Positions 42,721 to 58,549 of a stretch of DNA of 64,000 nt are shown here, piece after piece; position 1 is the first letter of the stretch; every line of letters begins with the position of its first letter. The translations under genes were made by a program, and so were the position numbers. The stretch spans positions 131,750,001 through 131,814,000 of the forward strand of contig OX597815.1 of assembly GCA_951406725.2 (NCBI GenBank), written 5' to 3'. Source of the DNA: Octopus vulgaris. Lineage: Eukaryota. A model generated the notes under the pieces. The model was not told the origin of the DNA. It saw only the letters and a list, made by a program, of their open reading frames with translations, and did not search any database.

Positions 42721-43859
42721 TATCTAGCTAGCTAGCAAGATAGGTAGTAGTAGTAAATCCCTACGACTGCGTTGCAGATGCACAACCCAAGAAGACTGTT
42801 TGAAAATGACAGTAATAGGTTGTGTATTCTTTGGGGGAAAGTGTACAAAAGTATATAACAAATAAAGGATTAGTTATTTGTGATAAAGTTAAACAACGAA
42901 TAACCTAATGCATCATAGTAAACAATGGTGAACAAGTGCTTATGGAAGCGATTACGAAAACCAAATATTAAAGCTGAGACTGAAATACTGATGTTGCATC
43001 GTAACACTAGAAGCTTAAGAGCAATTATCGGTTATATAAGAAGCTAGACAAGAACTCCACTATATAAATTGTATTGCAACGGCCATGGATGTTCTGGACG
43101 TGAATGAGGTGAATTATTTGAGAGCGAATGTAAGAGAAGGCAGCATAATATATCTTTGTCACTGGGAATTATACAGAAATAATGTATTAGAAAAGGCGGA
43201 ACAACAACATGAACTCCCCCGAATAGTCGACTATTTCCAAGTCAAAATCAGCTGAGGTTTCCTTATTCGACGTGGTTACATTATAGAGTAGGATATGATA
43301 CTTATATAGAAAAAGGAAATGTTGTAAAGCTTGCAGTCGCCAAAGATAATGAAAGTAATGTAAAATCATTTAAAATTTCAATAAGGGAGATTTGAATCTG
43401 AGAGTAATACTTCAAAATCAAGGCGGGTGGAATATTTTGATATCAAGCTTTATTGCTTTCAGAAATGTGACAAAGCCCTAAGTAAAATCAATTTGGATGG
43501 TCATCCCGTGACGGAAAACTATTGTAACAAATAACAAGAGAGAAACGAAATAACGTGACAGATTTATTCGATTGTTCTATTTTTTGACAGGCCATGTGAC
43601 TAACGTCCTGAGAAGAGGCAGTTAATCGTGAATGTGTTACTAGATTTTTATCGAAAGTTAAAAGAGAAAAATCATCAACGTAGATATCAATAGTATTGAT
43701 AATCGTGTTGCGAAGGTACATATTACAAAGTCGTTGCTAATGATTTGGTTCTATATCCCATGCGTATAGCCAATATATTAATCTACATCACATTCATCTA
43801 CTTCCAGAGGTAATTATATTCTTACCTACACTTCCTCGCGTATCTGCATTTCTTGCTTC

Positions 43860-44040
43860 AACCATATATCTATTTACGTGTTTCATGTCAACCTACAGCC
43901 ACTACACACATTTTTTTCTCTCCTTGTCTTTTCTGTGTCTCTTTCTGTAGAAGAGCGTACGCTCGAAACGTAAAATACATCTGTTTATTTCGTACACCAC
44001 CTGTCTTCGTATTTTATTTTTTTCGTAAGCTCTCCCTACA
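43860..44040 (+). mobile_element. HHR element family H2 (hammerhead at 43941-43976)
   Basis: TTT-CTGTAGA-A-GAGCgtacGCTC-GAAA-CG-TA^AAA; homologous to 63040-63240. Confidence 0.75.
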
Positions 44041-45049
44041 AATATGATAATATTTCTTTGGAAGAATTATCAGATATTAAAATCAAATGTTTCAGAGTTG
44101 ATATTAAAATGTATCGCAAAAAATTACTCGATGTTTTAATATCCGAAGTTAACGAGAGGCTATGTAATATATTTATATTTGTTTCTAAAACCATCTCTAG
44201 CTCGGCATTATATCTCATTATATTCATGTTTTTTTTTTATTAAAGGAACCGCACATATGTTAGTTGTCAATATTAAGCAATTATTTTCGGTGCCGAAAAC
44301 TAAGTGCACCATGTAACAATTACTGATAAATCATAGAAATATAATTCACAAAATCTACGTTTGAGGTACTTACTTATAGCGTTCTGAACATTCATTGTCG
44401 TTTTACTTAAGTACTCAGCTGGCTTTCCATCTGCTCGTCTGCTCCCGTCTGTCTTATAATCTCTTGAATAACATGTAGGTAGATATAATTGAAATATCGT
44501 ACAACATGCTGTAATGGAATTTAAAAAGTATAGTTACGCAGTGAGAAGCCATCTTAGTCACGTTTTAGACATAAATTAAATTTAATATAATTGTTTTAAG
44601 TGTTTTAACGTGAATTCTGAAGAAAGTGTATTATAGCAATTAGTACGATAGAATATAAATTGTCTGCAACCTTTAATAACTGCAGACGGTTTCATTTAAA
44701 ATAATGCTTTAATTCTCATTATTTTCTTTTCAAAGATTTAAAATCTTTGTAGGCGACGGAATTAAAGATCGTGCGTAATCTACAGACATTATATGATGCC
44801 CGCAATCATTATTATTATATTCAATTTGTTAGTTATCATTTTTAGAAATGCTCAGCTTCTAATGTATCTTGGAAATATTTGAAAATGATTTATGGCTCAC
44901 GTCATTTATTACCAAAATGTACTTGATCTAATTCACTGAGGAGAACAAATGGAATTTTCTGATATTCTTGATGATTAAAATTTCCACAAATAGCAAGGTT
45001 TCATAGATCCGAAAATTTATTTTCGGATTCGGAACCTGAAACTTTTATC

Positions 45050-45437
45050 GTTTACATTCTTCAATCATTGCACTGTGGCTATGCTGCAGCATTACTTAGA
45101 AGAGTTCAGTTGATCAAATCGACCCCGCTGCTTCTTTCTAATTTCCGGTGCTTATTCTGTCGGCACTCATTTTGACGAACGAGAAAATTGCAGGGTTGTA
45201 AACAAACAAACAACGGTTGTCAAGTGGTGTGGGGGAAAACACGACTACAAAGAAACATGTCACAGACACATGCGTTTGAAATTTGATGAGTACATTATGT
45301 ATGAAGGCGCTAATTTTGTTAAAATACCGTAATAAAAAACGTTGAAGCTAGACTATATTTTGACTTTATTTTACTGATACACACACTCACACACACACAC
45401 ACAAACACACACACACATACACACACACACACATATA

Positions 45438-45494
<57 letters not shown>

Positions 45495-45640
45495 GTATAT
45501 ATATGTGACAGGCTTCCACAGAATTTTCTTTTACCAAATTCAATTACAAGGTATTGCTCAATCTGGGACTATAGCAAATCAGACTTTCCTACGGTGCCGC
45601 GCAAAGGGACTGAACCTGAAACCACAAGATTGCAGAGTGT
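45050..45640 (-). mobile_element. SINE family A, old, in two pieces
   Basis: 3' part 45050-45250 and head 45505-45640 around microsatellites. Confidence 0.6.
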
Positions 45641-47089
45641 GTTTGATACCAAACTAGCGCCAAATAATAATAAAAATATCTCATCCGTGACTAAAATTCC
45701 CTCATTCAGCTAAACCTTTTACCCGAGCCATGAACGACAAGTACCTAAAAATTCTAGAAAATACCCTTTGACATGTATGATGCGAGAAGACCAGCGAACC
45801 AGGAAACAAATATCCTCGCCCATAGACAAAACTAGACACGTAGTTTGAATATTACAGTTCGACCTTTCCTTTCAGTATCGGTAAAATAAGTTCTAGTTGA
45901 GCACCGAGATCAATATAATCAACTTAACCACTGCCCTAGAATTGCTGGCCTTGTAACAAAATAAGTGAAAATACGTATATTCCACTAATGAGAATGTGTA
46001 AACATATACCAGTCATTTGCATATCTAAAATAATTTTTGCCTGAAACATATCTTACGCTTACCAATATATTATGCATACTGATAGAGAAATAACCGTGCT
46101 TATAGGATAACTTTCGAAAGTTCATGAAAATATCGACTTGATAAACTTTGAAAACAAATACTATGAAAAACAAAATAGTTCTGCTAAATATATAGAAATG
46201 AATTATATAGAAATTGATATGTAATTTTTCTTCAGAATTTAATATGAATACGTAAGGATATTATATTACAAGATTAAGCTCAGAAAAAATAATTGAAAAT
46301 TCTATAACTTGATTTCCGGAGGATATGTTCATTATTTTGAACAAAGACTGTTAACGTAAATTTTATTTTATCTATTGCTAAATTATCTAAAATTGTTTTT
46401 TTCTTCTATTTGTGAGAAAAATTATAATTTTATATTTCTTTGACATTCCTATTTAATCAGACGTCAGCCATATTGCATCCAATAATTAGTTTAAATGAGA
46501 AATAAACATATTTTAAGCTTAAATGCAATAGAGAGTAATAAAAACATATATGCATGTATGAATATACAGACATTTTCATACGCATGCACACTCACCCATA
46601 GTACATTTTTATGAATGTTTCTTCAAATTTCTACAACGCTTAGAAATGGTACGCAAATCTATGTGACAATGAGAAATGTGATTTGTCAAGTCGTTAGGGT
46701 GCAATATTACCAAAGCGTGTTTTCTGTCTGACCAGTATATATGCCTCAATTCAATTTAGTCAATATAATTACGTGTAGGCCCTGGAATTAGATTCAGCAC
46801 AACCCCTTTGATATTCAGTAAACTGTACAACAAATGAGGCTTCTCATGTTGTACAGCCATCATCGGTACAATATTGGCTCTAATAAGATATAGATTAGAT
46901 CGAACGAAACTGAGAGAGAGGCAAACGGACTGAGAGAGAGAGAGAAGCAGAGACTGAAAAATATATTGTATTAAAGCGACTCAGCTAACCTTGTGGTTTT
47001 CCGGTCACGCTGTGTGTGGAACGTTCTCCGACCAACAGCCCAACAAAAGTATTCAGTCGATCAGTATGCATTCTCTGCTATAGTCATTT

Positions 47090-47280
47090 ATTCTTTTATT
47101 TGTTTCAGCTATTTTTGACTGCGGCCATGCTGGAGCATCGCACTTAGTCGAGCAAATCGATCCCAGGACTTATTCTTTGTAAGCCTAGTATTTATTTTAT
47201 CGGTACCTTTTGCCGAACCGATTTGTAACGAGGACGTAAACGGTTGTCAAGTGAGGTTGGGGGGACAAACAGACACACAA
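47090..47280 (-). mobile_element. SINE family A 3' part
   Basis: tttgactgcggccatgctggagca..agtcgagcaaatcga..caggacttattctttgtaagcctagta. Confidence 0.85.
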
Positions 47281-47347
47281 ACATATACGCATACATTCAT
47301 ACACACATACTCATATATATATATACACACGCACACACACACACAGT

Positions 47348-47380
<33 letters not shown>

Positions 47381-47381
<1 letters not shown>

Positions 47382-48356
47382 AAGAAGCATTGGTTATAGA
47401 ACAAGCATTAAATCTGGGTCAACGTCTTTACATACAGCACCACCCCTCAAACATTTGATCGTATATAAAAATCCCAATGGTTCTTCCCAAACATATAAAA
47501 AATAATACAAATACATGAAATCACGGAAAGTAAAAACATATAATCGAATAAAATACAAATAGAACAGCCTATGAAAAAGTTAAATATACACGGCTAAAAA
47601 TTCAAAACTACCAACAAACCTAATAGAGAAATATATAATAAATAAAGAGAAAAATAAAATAATATAAATATCTACCAACTAAAAAATTTATCAGTCGATT
47701 AAAATATTTTGATCTGCGCGTGTCTCCTGTTTCCTATTCATACTGATGAGGTGGGAGTCATCGCCGTGATACACTTTAGTGTAAATAAACAGCGGTGGTG
47801 GGCTACCGAAATGGCCATAGATATATGTGAATGTTGAATTTGACATATGAAATCTGCTTATGAACTTTTGTACGTACTTGTATGAGGGTAGTAAAAGATA
47901 TTTTTCAAAAATTTTTTCAAGAACTTTTTTAAAAAAGCAATTTTTTTTAATATTTTAATCGTCTGTTAAAACTATTTTAGGTGGTGGACATTTATTTTAT
48001 TTTATTTTATTTCTACCTCCACTTATTTTATATTTGTCTATTAGGTATTTTGGTAGTTTTGAAGTTTTAGACGTTTATATTTAACATTCTGATTGGCAGT
48101 TCTATTTGTATTTTATTCGATTATATGTTTTTACCTTCTGTGATTTTATGTATATGTATTATATTTTTAAGTTTTGGGAACCATAGTGATTTTTATATAT
48201 GATTAAATGTTTGAGGGGTGATGTTGTATGTAAAGTCGTTGACCCAAATTTAATGTTTGTTCTACAACAAATGCTTATTTATATTTGAGCACTTCTTTTA
48301 TCAGTCCTATAAACCCTTTTGTTTCTATAAAAAGAGACAAATATTATTTTTTGTTG
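47381..48356 (+). mobile_element. foldback PLE-like element (family H5): ~330-bp diverged inverted arms around a hammerhead
   Basis: 47381-47710 is the reverse complement of 47949-48280; HHR in the spacer; both ends abut (TA)n. Confidence 0.75.
47736..47832 (+). ncRNA. type I hammerhead with long stem II
   Basis: attcata-CTGATGA-GGTGG..tcatcgccgt..gcggtggtgg..CTACC-GAAA-tggcca..ATA^tatg(tg)aat; stem III partly irregular. Confidence 0.65.
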
Positions 48357-48551
48357 TATATATATATATATATTATTTTTTGTTGTATATATATATATAT
48401 ATATACAACAAAAAATAATATTTGTCTCTTTTTATAGAAACAAAAGGGTTTATAGGACTGATAAAAGAAGTGCTCAAATATAAATAAGCATTTGTTATAG
48501 AGCAAACATTAAATTTGGGTCAACGACTTTACATACAACATCACCCCTCAA

Positions 48552-48553
<2 letters not shown>
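48209..48553. repeat. near-perfect palindrome centred on (TA)n
   Basis: 48209-48356 vs 48405-48553, 2 mismatches seen. Confidence 0.9.
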
Positions 48554-50670
<2,117 letters not shown>

Positions 50671-51414
50671 GCTTAGGGTATTTCTTCTGCTGCTATCTTC
50701 TAAGTTCAAATTCCGCTGAGGACGACCTTGCTTTGTATCCTATCAGGATCGATAAATTAAGTACCAGTTGAATATTGGGGTTGATGTGATGACCCCTCCA
50801 GAAAAGCAAAGCGTTATGCCTATAGTAGAAAGGATTATTGCTAAGATTTCATATACTTTCTCCAGCTTTTATCTCGCTAGGAAACTGCTTGGTTAGATCA
50901 GTGTAAGCATACAAGCTCTTTAGGTGGTAATGTAAACATTTTCTTTGATGCACAAAATATACGTTTCTATAATATCAATGTTTTGGAAAGTAATTAGAAT
51001 TTATTATACAAAATCTCCAGCCGTAAACAAGATACAAATACCGCCAAAATACCTATTTTTGTAATATATTGGCACTATAATATAGGGGTACCAATAGCAT
51101 CTAACTGAACAACGTATACATTCACAAGTAATACTTTAAGATTCAAATATGATCTGAGTAAAGCAACATAATATAATTCAATATGTAAGACAATAATTAC
51201 CAACAATTAAGAGAATTTGAACATACTTATAGGAAAATTAACGATTGGTTTAGCAGTTTATTTTGATAACCAGGCTTATTGCTTCAACAAATGTTACGAA
51301 GTCCTGATCAAAATCTATTTCCAAGGCCATCTCGCGACAGAAAACTATTATAGCAAAGTGAAAATTATTCCTCTGACATTTAAAATTGTTAAAATAGGGG
51401 GATTTGATTTGCAA

Positions 51415-51544
<130 letters not shown>

Positions 51545-51579
51545 GACAGAGACAGAGAGACAGAGAGACAGAGACAGAC

Positions 51580-51626
<47 letters not shown>

Positions 51627-51879
51627 GGAAGATAGCAGTTTTTGCCAAAAGGCTAGCAATTTCGAGGGAAATGTCGAAGTGGATAACATCGTCCCCCAGT
51701 GTTCAGAAGTTGGTTATTTCTACCGGAGTCGATACAAAGTAGGTACTAGAAAGAAAGGTAAGGTCGGGTTAAGCGTAATTTGAACTGGGAAAGTAAAAGC
51801 AGACGAAATGCCGCAAACCATTTTGCCCGCAGTGCTAACGATTCTGCTCCCTCCCTCTCCCTCTCTCCCTCTCTCTCTC

Positions 51880-51914
<35 letters not shown>

Positions 51915-52121
51915 TAAAATGTGACCGCGTGTGTACCGTTGGCGATTTTTTCCCTCTGTCTTCCCTTCTCTGGATCTTTCCTACTCCCATGTTTCCGACG
52001 AAGAGCTCCGGTCGAAACGTTAAACCCTCCTTCTTTCCCTTCTTTCCTGAGCGTCCAATAATACTATATTTGTTCCACGTCATCGCGTTGTGTTTTTTTG
52101 TGCTTTCTTGTTTGGATTAAC
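51915..52121 (+). mobile_element. HHR element family H1 (hammerhead at 51991-52025)
   Basis: GTTT-CCGACGA-A-GAGCtccGGTC-GAAA-CG-TT^AAAC; (TA)n on both flanks. Confidence 0.85.
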
Positions 52122-52164
<43 letters not shown>

Positions 52165-52170
52165 ACACAC

Positions 52171-52244
<74 letters not shown>

Positions 52245-52245
52245 T

Positions 52246-52477
52246 AAGGGTTGGCCAAAAGTCACCTCAAAGTAAATCAAAACCATTTAATTCCAAGATT
52301 TATTTATGTCTAACAACTGAATGTATTAAATAAAGGCACAAAATATGAAACATCATGAAAATTGTTCAAACTAAAGATTTTCTTGAGCGACACATTTCCC
52401 CATTCGAGTCAACATAGAATTACAAATAGCATTTATGGAATTTTTATTTACTGTCGGGTGACTTTTGGCCAACCCTG
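52246..52477. mobile_element. Tc1/mariner-type MITE
   Basis: TIRs agggttggccaaaagtcacc / ggtgacttttggccaaccctg, TA flanks. Confidence 0.88.
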
Positions 52478-52481
52478 TATA

Positions 52482-53994
52482 TAGTGGACTACAAAAGAAA
52501 CGTCGCACTGTAAAAGATCATTTGTTTCACACATGATATTGAAATTACATGGATTTCATTACGTTTCTAGATAATTTAACATCAGGATGATGTCACTGAC
52601 CCAAAACACCATTCTCTTTTGAAATTGCATGTAGGGCTCGAACTTGCTCACTTTTAGTGAACGTAGTATTGCTCGCGAACGCGTCTTTATAAAAAGCATG
52701 ATGCACGGGAATAAAAGGCTCCCAAATTTATCTGCCTGTCATACGTTTTCCGAACGTAGCATACATACCTAGACTGACACGAAATCAAAGGGAACAAGCC
52801 ATCGGACGTCATCGTGCTGGTCAAGGTTCATGTGCCATAGCTAATGGCTTGAACTGCAGTATTCGGACAATTGATTGCCTGAGGGAACGATACAATGCCA
52901 CAATCAGTACGGATGATCATCCACGGAGTGGTCGACCGAGAGATACAACGACACGTGAAGATCGCGACCTACACCGACAACACTTGCAGGACCGATTTTG
53001 GAGGGCAACGGAATCAACTAGGCAGAACATAAGGACTCACCACAGACCCATTTGTTCAGGGACAGTTCGCCGCCGGTGGAAATCTTTCAATCTGCCTTGT
53101 TGACGTTCGGCTAGAGGCCCCATCCTCTAAGATTGTCATTGACGGGCACATCTGCAGTGGGCTCAAGAACGTCAGAACTGGCGATATCTGCATTGGAGGA
53201 CTAGTCTTTTCTGAGACGAAGGTCAATATTGCATTACTGTAGCATATAGCAAATCTAGGGTTTGGAGAAAAAGGGGCGAACTCCATGCTGATGACTTTGT
53301 GGTGGAGAGAGACTCGTGGGTAGAACAGAGCGTGGTGGTAAGGGGCGGGATTACACTCAACCAGAAACTTGGACCAGTTGCCTTTCCAAACATCGGCCAA
53401 GGCCTGTGCAATGGGGAAGCTGCTGTTTGCTACATGGCCAAGTGTTGAGGCCTCACATTGTGTCATACTTTGCCCGTCATCGGAATCAAGCGTACCAACA
53501 CGACAATGCCCGTATCCATACTGCTAATTAACAACAGACTTCCTCCAACAGCACAACACCCAAAGATTGCCATGGCCTACCTGAATTCCGGACTTGAAGC
53601 CCATAGAGCATCTGTGGGACGAAATCAAAAGAAAGCTAAATGACATCCGTCCAAGGCCGACAACTGCGGCACAACTCACTGCAAGTTTTAACAGTGTGGG
53701 CTACTATCCCCATGGCTTTCATCAATCGTTTGGTGCATTTAATGTACAGAAGATACCTGGCGGTAATTAACGCTAACGGTGGTTACATGAGATATTGAGT
53801 TCATCTCTGTGGATCTAGGACACTCCGTCATCACGTGACATCATATGACGTCAAACATGTTTCAGGAAATGACGTTTTATCATTAGGAAGGAACGGTTTT
53901 TAAAATTAATACTGTTCAATGACTGCTACGGCAGTTTCTTAATAAGCCGGTTTCTATTTAGTACGTGTGTGACGTTTGTTTTGTGGTTCAGTTT
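52482..53994 (+). mobile_element. Tc1-like DNA transposon, full length but decayed (transposase 52765-53798)
   Basis: Degenerate TIRs (..ctacaaaagaaacgtcgcac / gtgtgacgtttgttttgtgg..); PRLTRNQREQAIG, PRSGRPR, LF*DE, YQHDNARIH, IEHLWDEIKR, NANGGYMRY. Confidence 0.9.
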
Positions 53995-54437
53995 ATATAT
54001 AACTTGTTACGAGTTCAAATGCGGCACACTCGATCTCGTAAAAAAAACAAAACATTCGTTGTATTTTGTTATGGAGAAAATTTCTCGCTGTAGACAAATG
54101 GTGTAAAAGCACCGAATCTGCTCAAAGCCACACTAAGTAAATTATGAGGTTCATTTCGGAGCGGTAATCTCCTCTCCAGCAACAGAGACGGGAAAGTCAG
54201 GCGTTGTGAAATGACACAAGTGACAGGTCCCACTTCTCATATTCCCATTATCGTTTAATGCCTGGTTGCTGCAGTCAGCGTCTGATTATTCAGCGTCAGC
54301 TGGGTACTGGCTCGGTATATTGACACCTATTTGCCTACAACTAGACAGTGAGTGGCCTTCTTACGAACTCGATTATATCTCAAGTACATTGATCTAGAAT
54401 CAATCTTGTATTGACAAATATGAGTGCTATTCTTATA

Positions 54438-54905
54438 GGCGCAAGCGTGACTATGTGGTAAGAATCTTGCTTCCCAATCACATGGTTCTGGGTTCAGTCC
54501 CTCTGTGTGGCACCTTGAGCAACTGTCTTCTATTTGCTTGTGCAGACCAAAGCCTTGTGAGTGGATTTGGTAGGCGGAAACTGAAAGAAGCCCGTTATAC
54601 ATATATATGTGTGCGTTTGTGTGTGCGTATATGTAGGAATTTATGCATGTATGTATGTGCATATATAATGTATATATAAATACATGTATTTTGTGCCTGC
54701 GTTTGTTCCACCATCACCGCTTGACAACCAGTGTGTTGATGTCTTTACATCTAAGTTACCTAGCAGTTGGGCAACAGAGGCCGATAGAATAAATACTAGG
54801 TTTTAAAAATAAGTCCTGTGGTTGATTTATTCGACTAAATCCTTTCAAGGCGGTGCTCCAGCATGGCTGTAGTCAAATGACTGAAACGAGTAAAGGAATA
54901 AAAGA
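54438..54905 (+). mobile_element. SINE family A
   Basis: ggcgcaagcgtgactatgtggtaag head, B-box ggttcagtccc, tail gagtaaaggaataaaag. Confidence 0.88.
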
Positions 54906-56156
54906 AACAATATATATACATACACAAATCTCTTTATGTGTGTGTGTGTGCTTGTGTGTGTGTGTGTGTGTGTGTATGTGTGTGTGTGTGTGTGTGGCAA
55001 TAATCATAGATTTTGGTAATAGAAGTCAGATGAACACTAATTTGAGTCTTTATACCGCATTCGATACGATGTGAGCCTCTTCCGTAGTCTAAGGCTTTTG
55101 CAAATTTGTCCATCATAAATAATGAAATATACAACGTCTCATTTGTGTATTCAGTTCTTCTTTAGAGACAAATATCTTTAGTGTGTACATATGCATGATT
55201 AACAAACTTAGGCGATAAACTTATAATTACCTATGTTCATATACTGGAAATATAATTTTTCTTTCTATATTCAAATGTGTTCTCATCCAGTCTCAACTTT
55301 TCAAACCTTTAATTAACTAGAACTGATACTAACTTTCAGTTAGTTTTGGTAACTCTTTTTATTTCTATATTTAATTTTTTTGTTGCAAGTTTCGAAACAG
55401 AATATTTTCACTGTATTATTTAAATGCACTTGATCAAATATGTGAATACAGCATATAAATTCGAAAAGAAACTCACTAAATTACAGAATTTATATTCTTG
55501 AATTGTTAATTTTGATACAGTTTTGAAGCTTTAATTAGACATATATGATGATAAAATCAGAGCACATAATAAATAAACGCACATTTTTCAACAACCTTTG
55601 AATTTTTATCAGGTGTAGAATATTCAAAATCTAAGAACAAAATGTTTCCAGATTTTAGAACAAAAGAGACTACAGAAGTCACGAAACTACATTTGCAAGA
55701 AGTAATAAGGCTGACAAAACATTCCTTTATAATCACTACTTTACTGGCAAGTAATTTTGGGGAAAAGCAATTATGCAAAGATCATTGTAAATGCTAATGA
55801 GAAAATCTAATGGTAATTGTTAATAAAAAAAATACAATGAAAACGCAAAAATAAAAAAATTAAGATAAAACGTAAAATAAAAGGAAGGCTGCATTTAATA
55901 TTTAATGATCATTAGCATTAGGCTAATTTACGGTCTCCCTGCAGAGATTAATAACTGTTGACGCTTATAATTGCTTTTGTATTTTTTCAAGCATTTAATA
56001 ATCAGTTTGTAATATTGCAACAGCACTGTCATCTTGTAATTGGTGAATTTCTTCGAAGTGGGCAGATTTAAATAAGAGAATATCATACACACACACACAC
56101 ACACACATACACACACACACACACACACACGCACACACACACACACACACACACAA

Positions 56157-56903
56157 GTGATGATAGTAAAACGTTATAAATTTGCCTGCTTGGCATGGGC
56201 GCCAGAAGCTCTAATACGGACATTTCAGAGTGTTTGGGTGTCAATCTGTGGACGGTGCAATCTGAGGACATGTACCGAGATGTTGAAAAAATTAAACATC
56301 CAGTCAACATCATGGTGTTTTGGAGTGACCCCGCTAGTGACAGTAACGCTATGCCTCCATTCGTCTTCCCACATGGCCTCAAACTCAACAAGGAGGCCGA
56401 CATGAAGTGCCTGGAGGAAGTAGTACTCCCCTGAGTAAAGAGGGTGGCTGCTGGAAGAATCTATGTCTGGCAACTGCACTCTGCACCATGCCACACAAGC
56501 AGGAGAACCCAGTCATTGGTTTCAGACAATTTTTGCGACCACATCACCCCTAACATCAAGCCACCTATCTCTCTAGACCTTAACCTCCTTGAGTATTATG
56601 TTAGGGGCGCAGTTGAGCGAGAAACCAACAAAATTCCTCGTAAAAGAAAATATGAACTGAAGCCAAGGATTATGGCAGGATTCACCGATTTAAATAAGGA
56701 GACGGTCTAGAAGAGATGCAGGAGATTCCAAAGTCGTCTGGAGGCCGTGGTTGAAGCTAATGGCTATTATAGTGAACAAGTTACTGTTTAGTATTTCAGC
56801 ATATTTTTATGTAACTTTCGTAAATATATCATCTGTTAAAATTAGATGCCAGAGCTATCTTCGTTTTGCGTAATTTAGGCGACTGTATATTCACCGCACC
56901 CTG
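56157..56903 (+). pseudogene. Tc1/mariner (maT/DD37D-like) transposase remnant with right TIR
   Basis: KHPVNIMVF, YVWQLHSAPCHTSRRTQ, KPPISLDLNLLEYYV.G (cf. WPPNSPDLNPLDY), RLEAVVEANG; end caccgcaccctg-ta. Confidence 0.85.
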
Positions 56904-56910
56904 TATTATG

Positions 56911-56943
<33 letters not shown>

Positions 56944-57455
56944 GTATGTATGTGTGTTTGTGTGTGTGTGTGTGTGTGTATAATAAAAAAAAACATATCT
57001 TGCAAATAGCTACCTAGGGTATCATGGCCGCAATGATACTTTATTCCTCCTTTTATCAAGCTGAAAACAAAATCGTTTGTCAGTTGATTATTTGAGAAGA
57101 TAATGCTGAAAGAAGAGACGCTTGTAAAAAAGTTAAACACAAGTGAGATAACACATGTTATAGTAATTCAACGCCAACCAGACGTAAACCAAATGTTAAC
57201 GGTTTATTAATTGTCCGGTGGTCTACTCTTAAATTCCGACAAGATGTCCGCTGTTCAGTAGAAATTTTATACTTTTCGTTTCATTCTGAGAAGATACTGT
57301 AACATATGTACTTTCAGTCGTCACATTATATTTATGCTTTCTGTTGTCTTGAATATTTACTAGAAGCAGAGAAAATGCCTTCAACTGTATGTTCGCTTGA
57401 AATATTCATATTGCGCGCAGAAGCCAGCTACTATCATTTCTAGCAGACGAGGTGT

Positions 57456-57506
57456 CCAGTACTGAGGAGTGGCATAAATATCTTGAAACCAGGGCTGGTC
57501 TACAGG
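57456..57506 (+). ncRNA. type I hammerhead ribozyme (family H6)
   Basis: cc a GTA-CTGAGGA-(weak stem II gtggcataaatatctt)-GAAA-CCAG gg CTGG-TC^TAC a gg; GUC^ at 57500; ~180 nt downstream ends in (TA)n. Confidence 0.7.
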
Positions 57507-57680
57507 TCCAGTAGCTAGGAGATGTTAGGGGTTCGCTAGCCTGCCTGCAATTTTATCGGATACAGCCGTGCATCGTTAACCATCTAGAGGAGGTGTCCTC
57601 TTGGGGTTAAAAAATTACAGTAAAGTAGCTACGAGTATTACTTGTCAGTACAAGTATTGCATTGATCTTTTAGATTTTAG

Positions 57681-57736
<56 letters not shown>

Positions 57737-57852
57737 TGTTGTGTCTGGGGAGAGTCATTTTCTTTTTGTGCCTTATAAATTTCCACTTATTTCTTATTTT
57801 TATTTTCCTAAAATTTTTGTTACGTCTTGCAAACTTTTCAATAATATATATA

Positions 57853-58129
57853 TATATTCATCACATTACCTCACGCGCGTTCTTTACTTCAAACGTCCCC
57901 GCGATATTTCAAGCAAGTATAAATTTAAATAAAGAAGTATTATTCACTATATACCTAGTGAATCTAAATTTAGCTAATATTGTGCATGTAAAGGTGGAAA
58001 CTTGCTAGCCACGTTATTATTATCATCAATAACGGCAATAATACTTCTTTATTTAAATTTATACTTACTTCAAATGTCACGGGGACGTTTGAAGTAAAGA
58101 ACGCACGTGAGGTAATGTGATGAATATAT
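57853..58129. mobile_element. foldback/MITE-like element with ~90-bp TIRs at TA
   Basis: 57853-57944 vs 58037-58129 reverse-complementary, ~5 mismatches. Confidence 0.85.
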
Positions 58130-58346
58130 CTGTTTCTTTACTACCCACAAGGGGCTAAACACAGAGGGGACAAACAAGGAAAGACATACGGATTAAGCCG
58201 ATTGTATTGACCCCAGTGCGTAACTGGTACTTAATTTATCCACCCCGAAAGGATGAAAGGCAAAGTCAACCTCGGCGGAATTTGAACCCAGAACGTAGCG
58301 ACAGACGAAATACGGCTACGCATTTCGCCCGGCGTGCTAACGTTTC
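58128..58346 (-). mobile_element. SINE family B (head clipped)
   Basis: Close match to 19026-19259. Confidence 0.88.
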
Positions 58347-58370
58347 AGAAATGGATGTTAAAAATGTTAT

Positions 58371-58432
58371 TTTCAGCTGACGATCCCAGAGTATGCTTGT
58401 CATACAGAGGGTGAAATCATTTGATATTGAAA
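58371..58432 (+). ncRNA. type I hammerhead ribozyme (family H7)
   Basis: TTTCAG-CTGACGA-tCCC aga GTATG cttgt CATAC aga GGGt-GAAA-TCA tt TGA-TA^TTGAAA; ~70 nt downstream ends in (TA)n. Confidence 0.75.
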
Positions 58433-58549
58433 TATACATTCCTTACTTATGTATTCCACGCAAGGTAAGCCTGTTCCTCCTATGTTCGTTGCTTTGCCCG
58501 TATATATATATATATATATATACAAACAATCCCCCATATATATATATAC

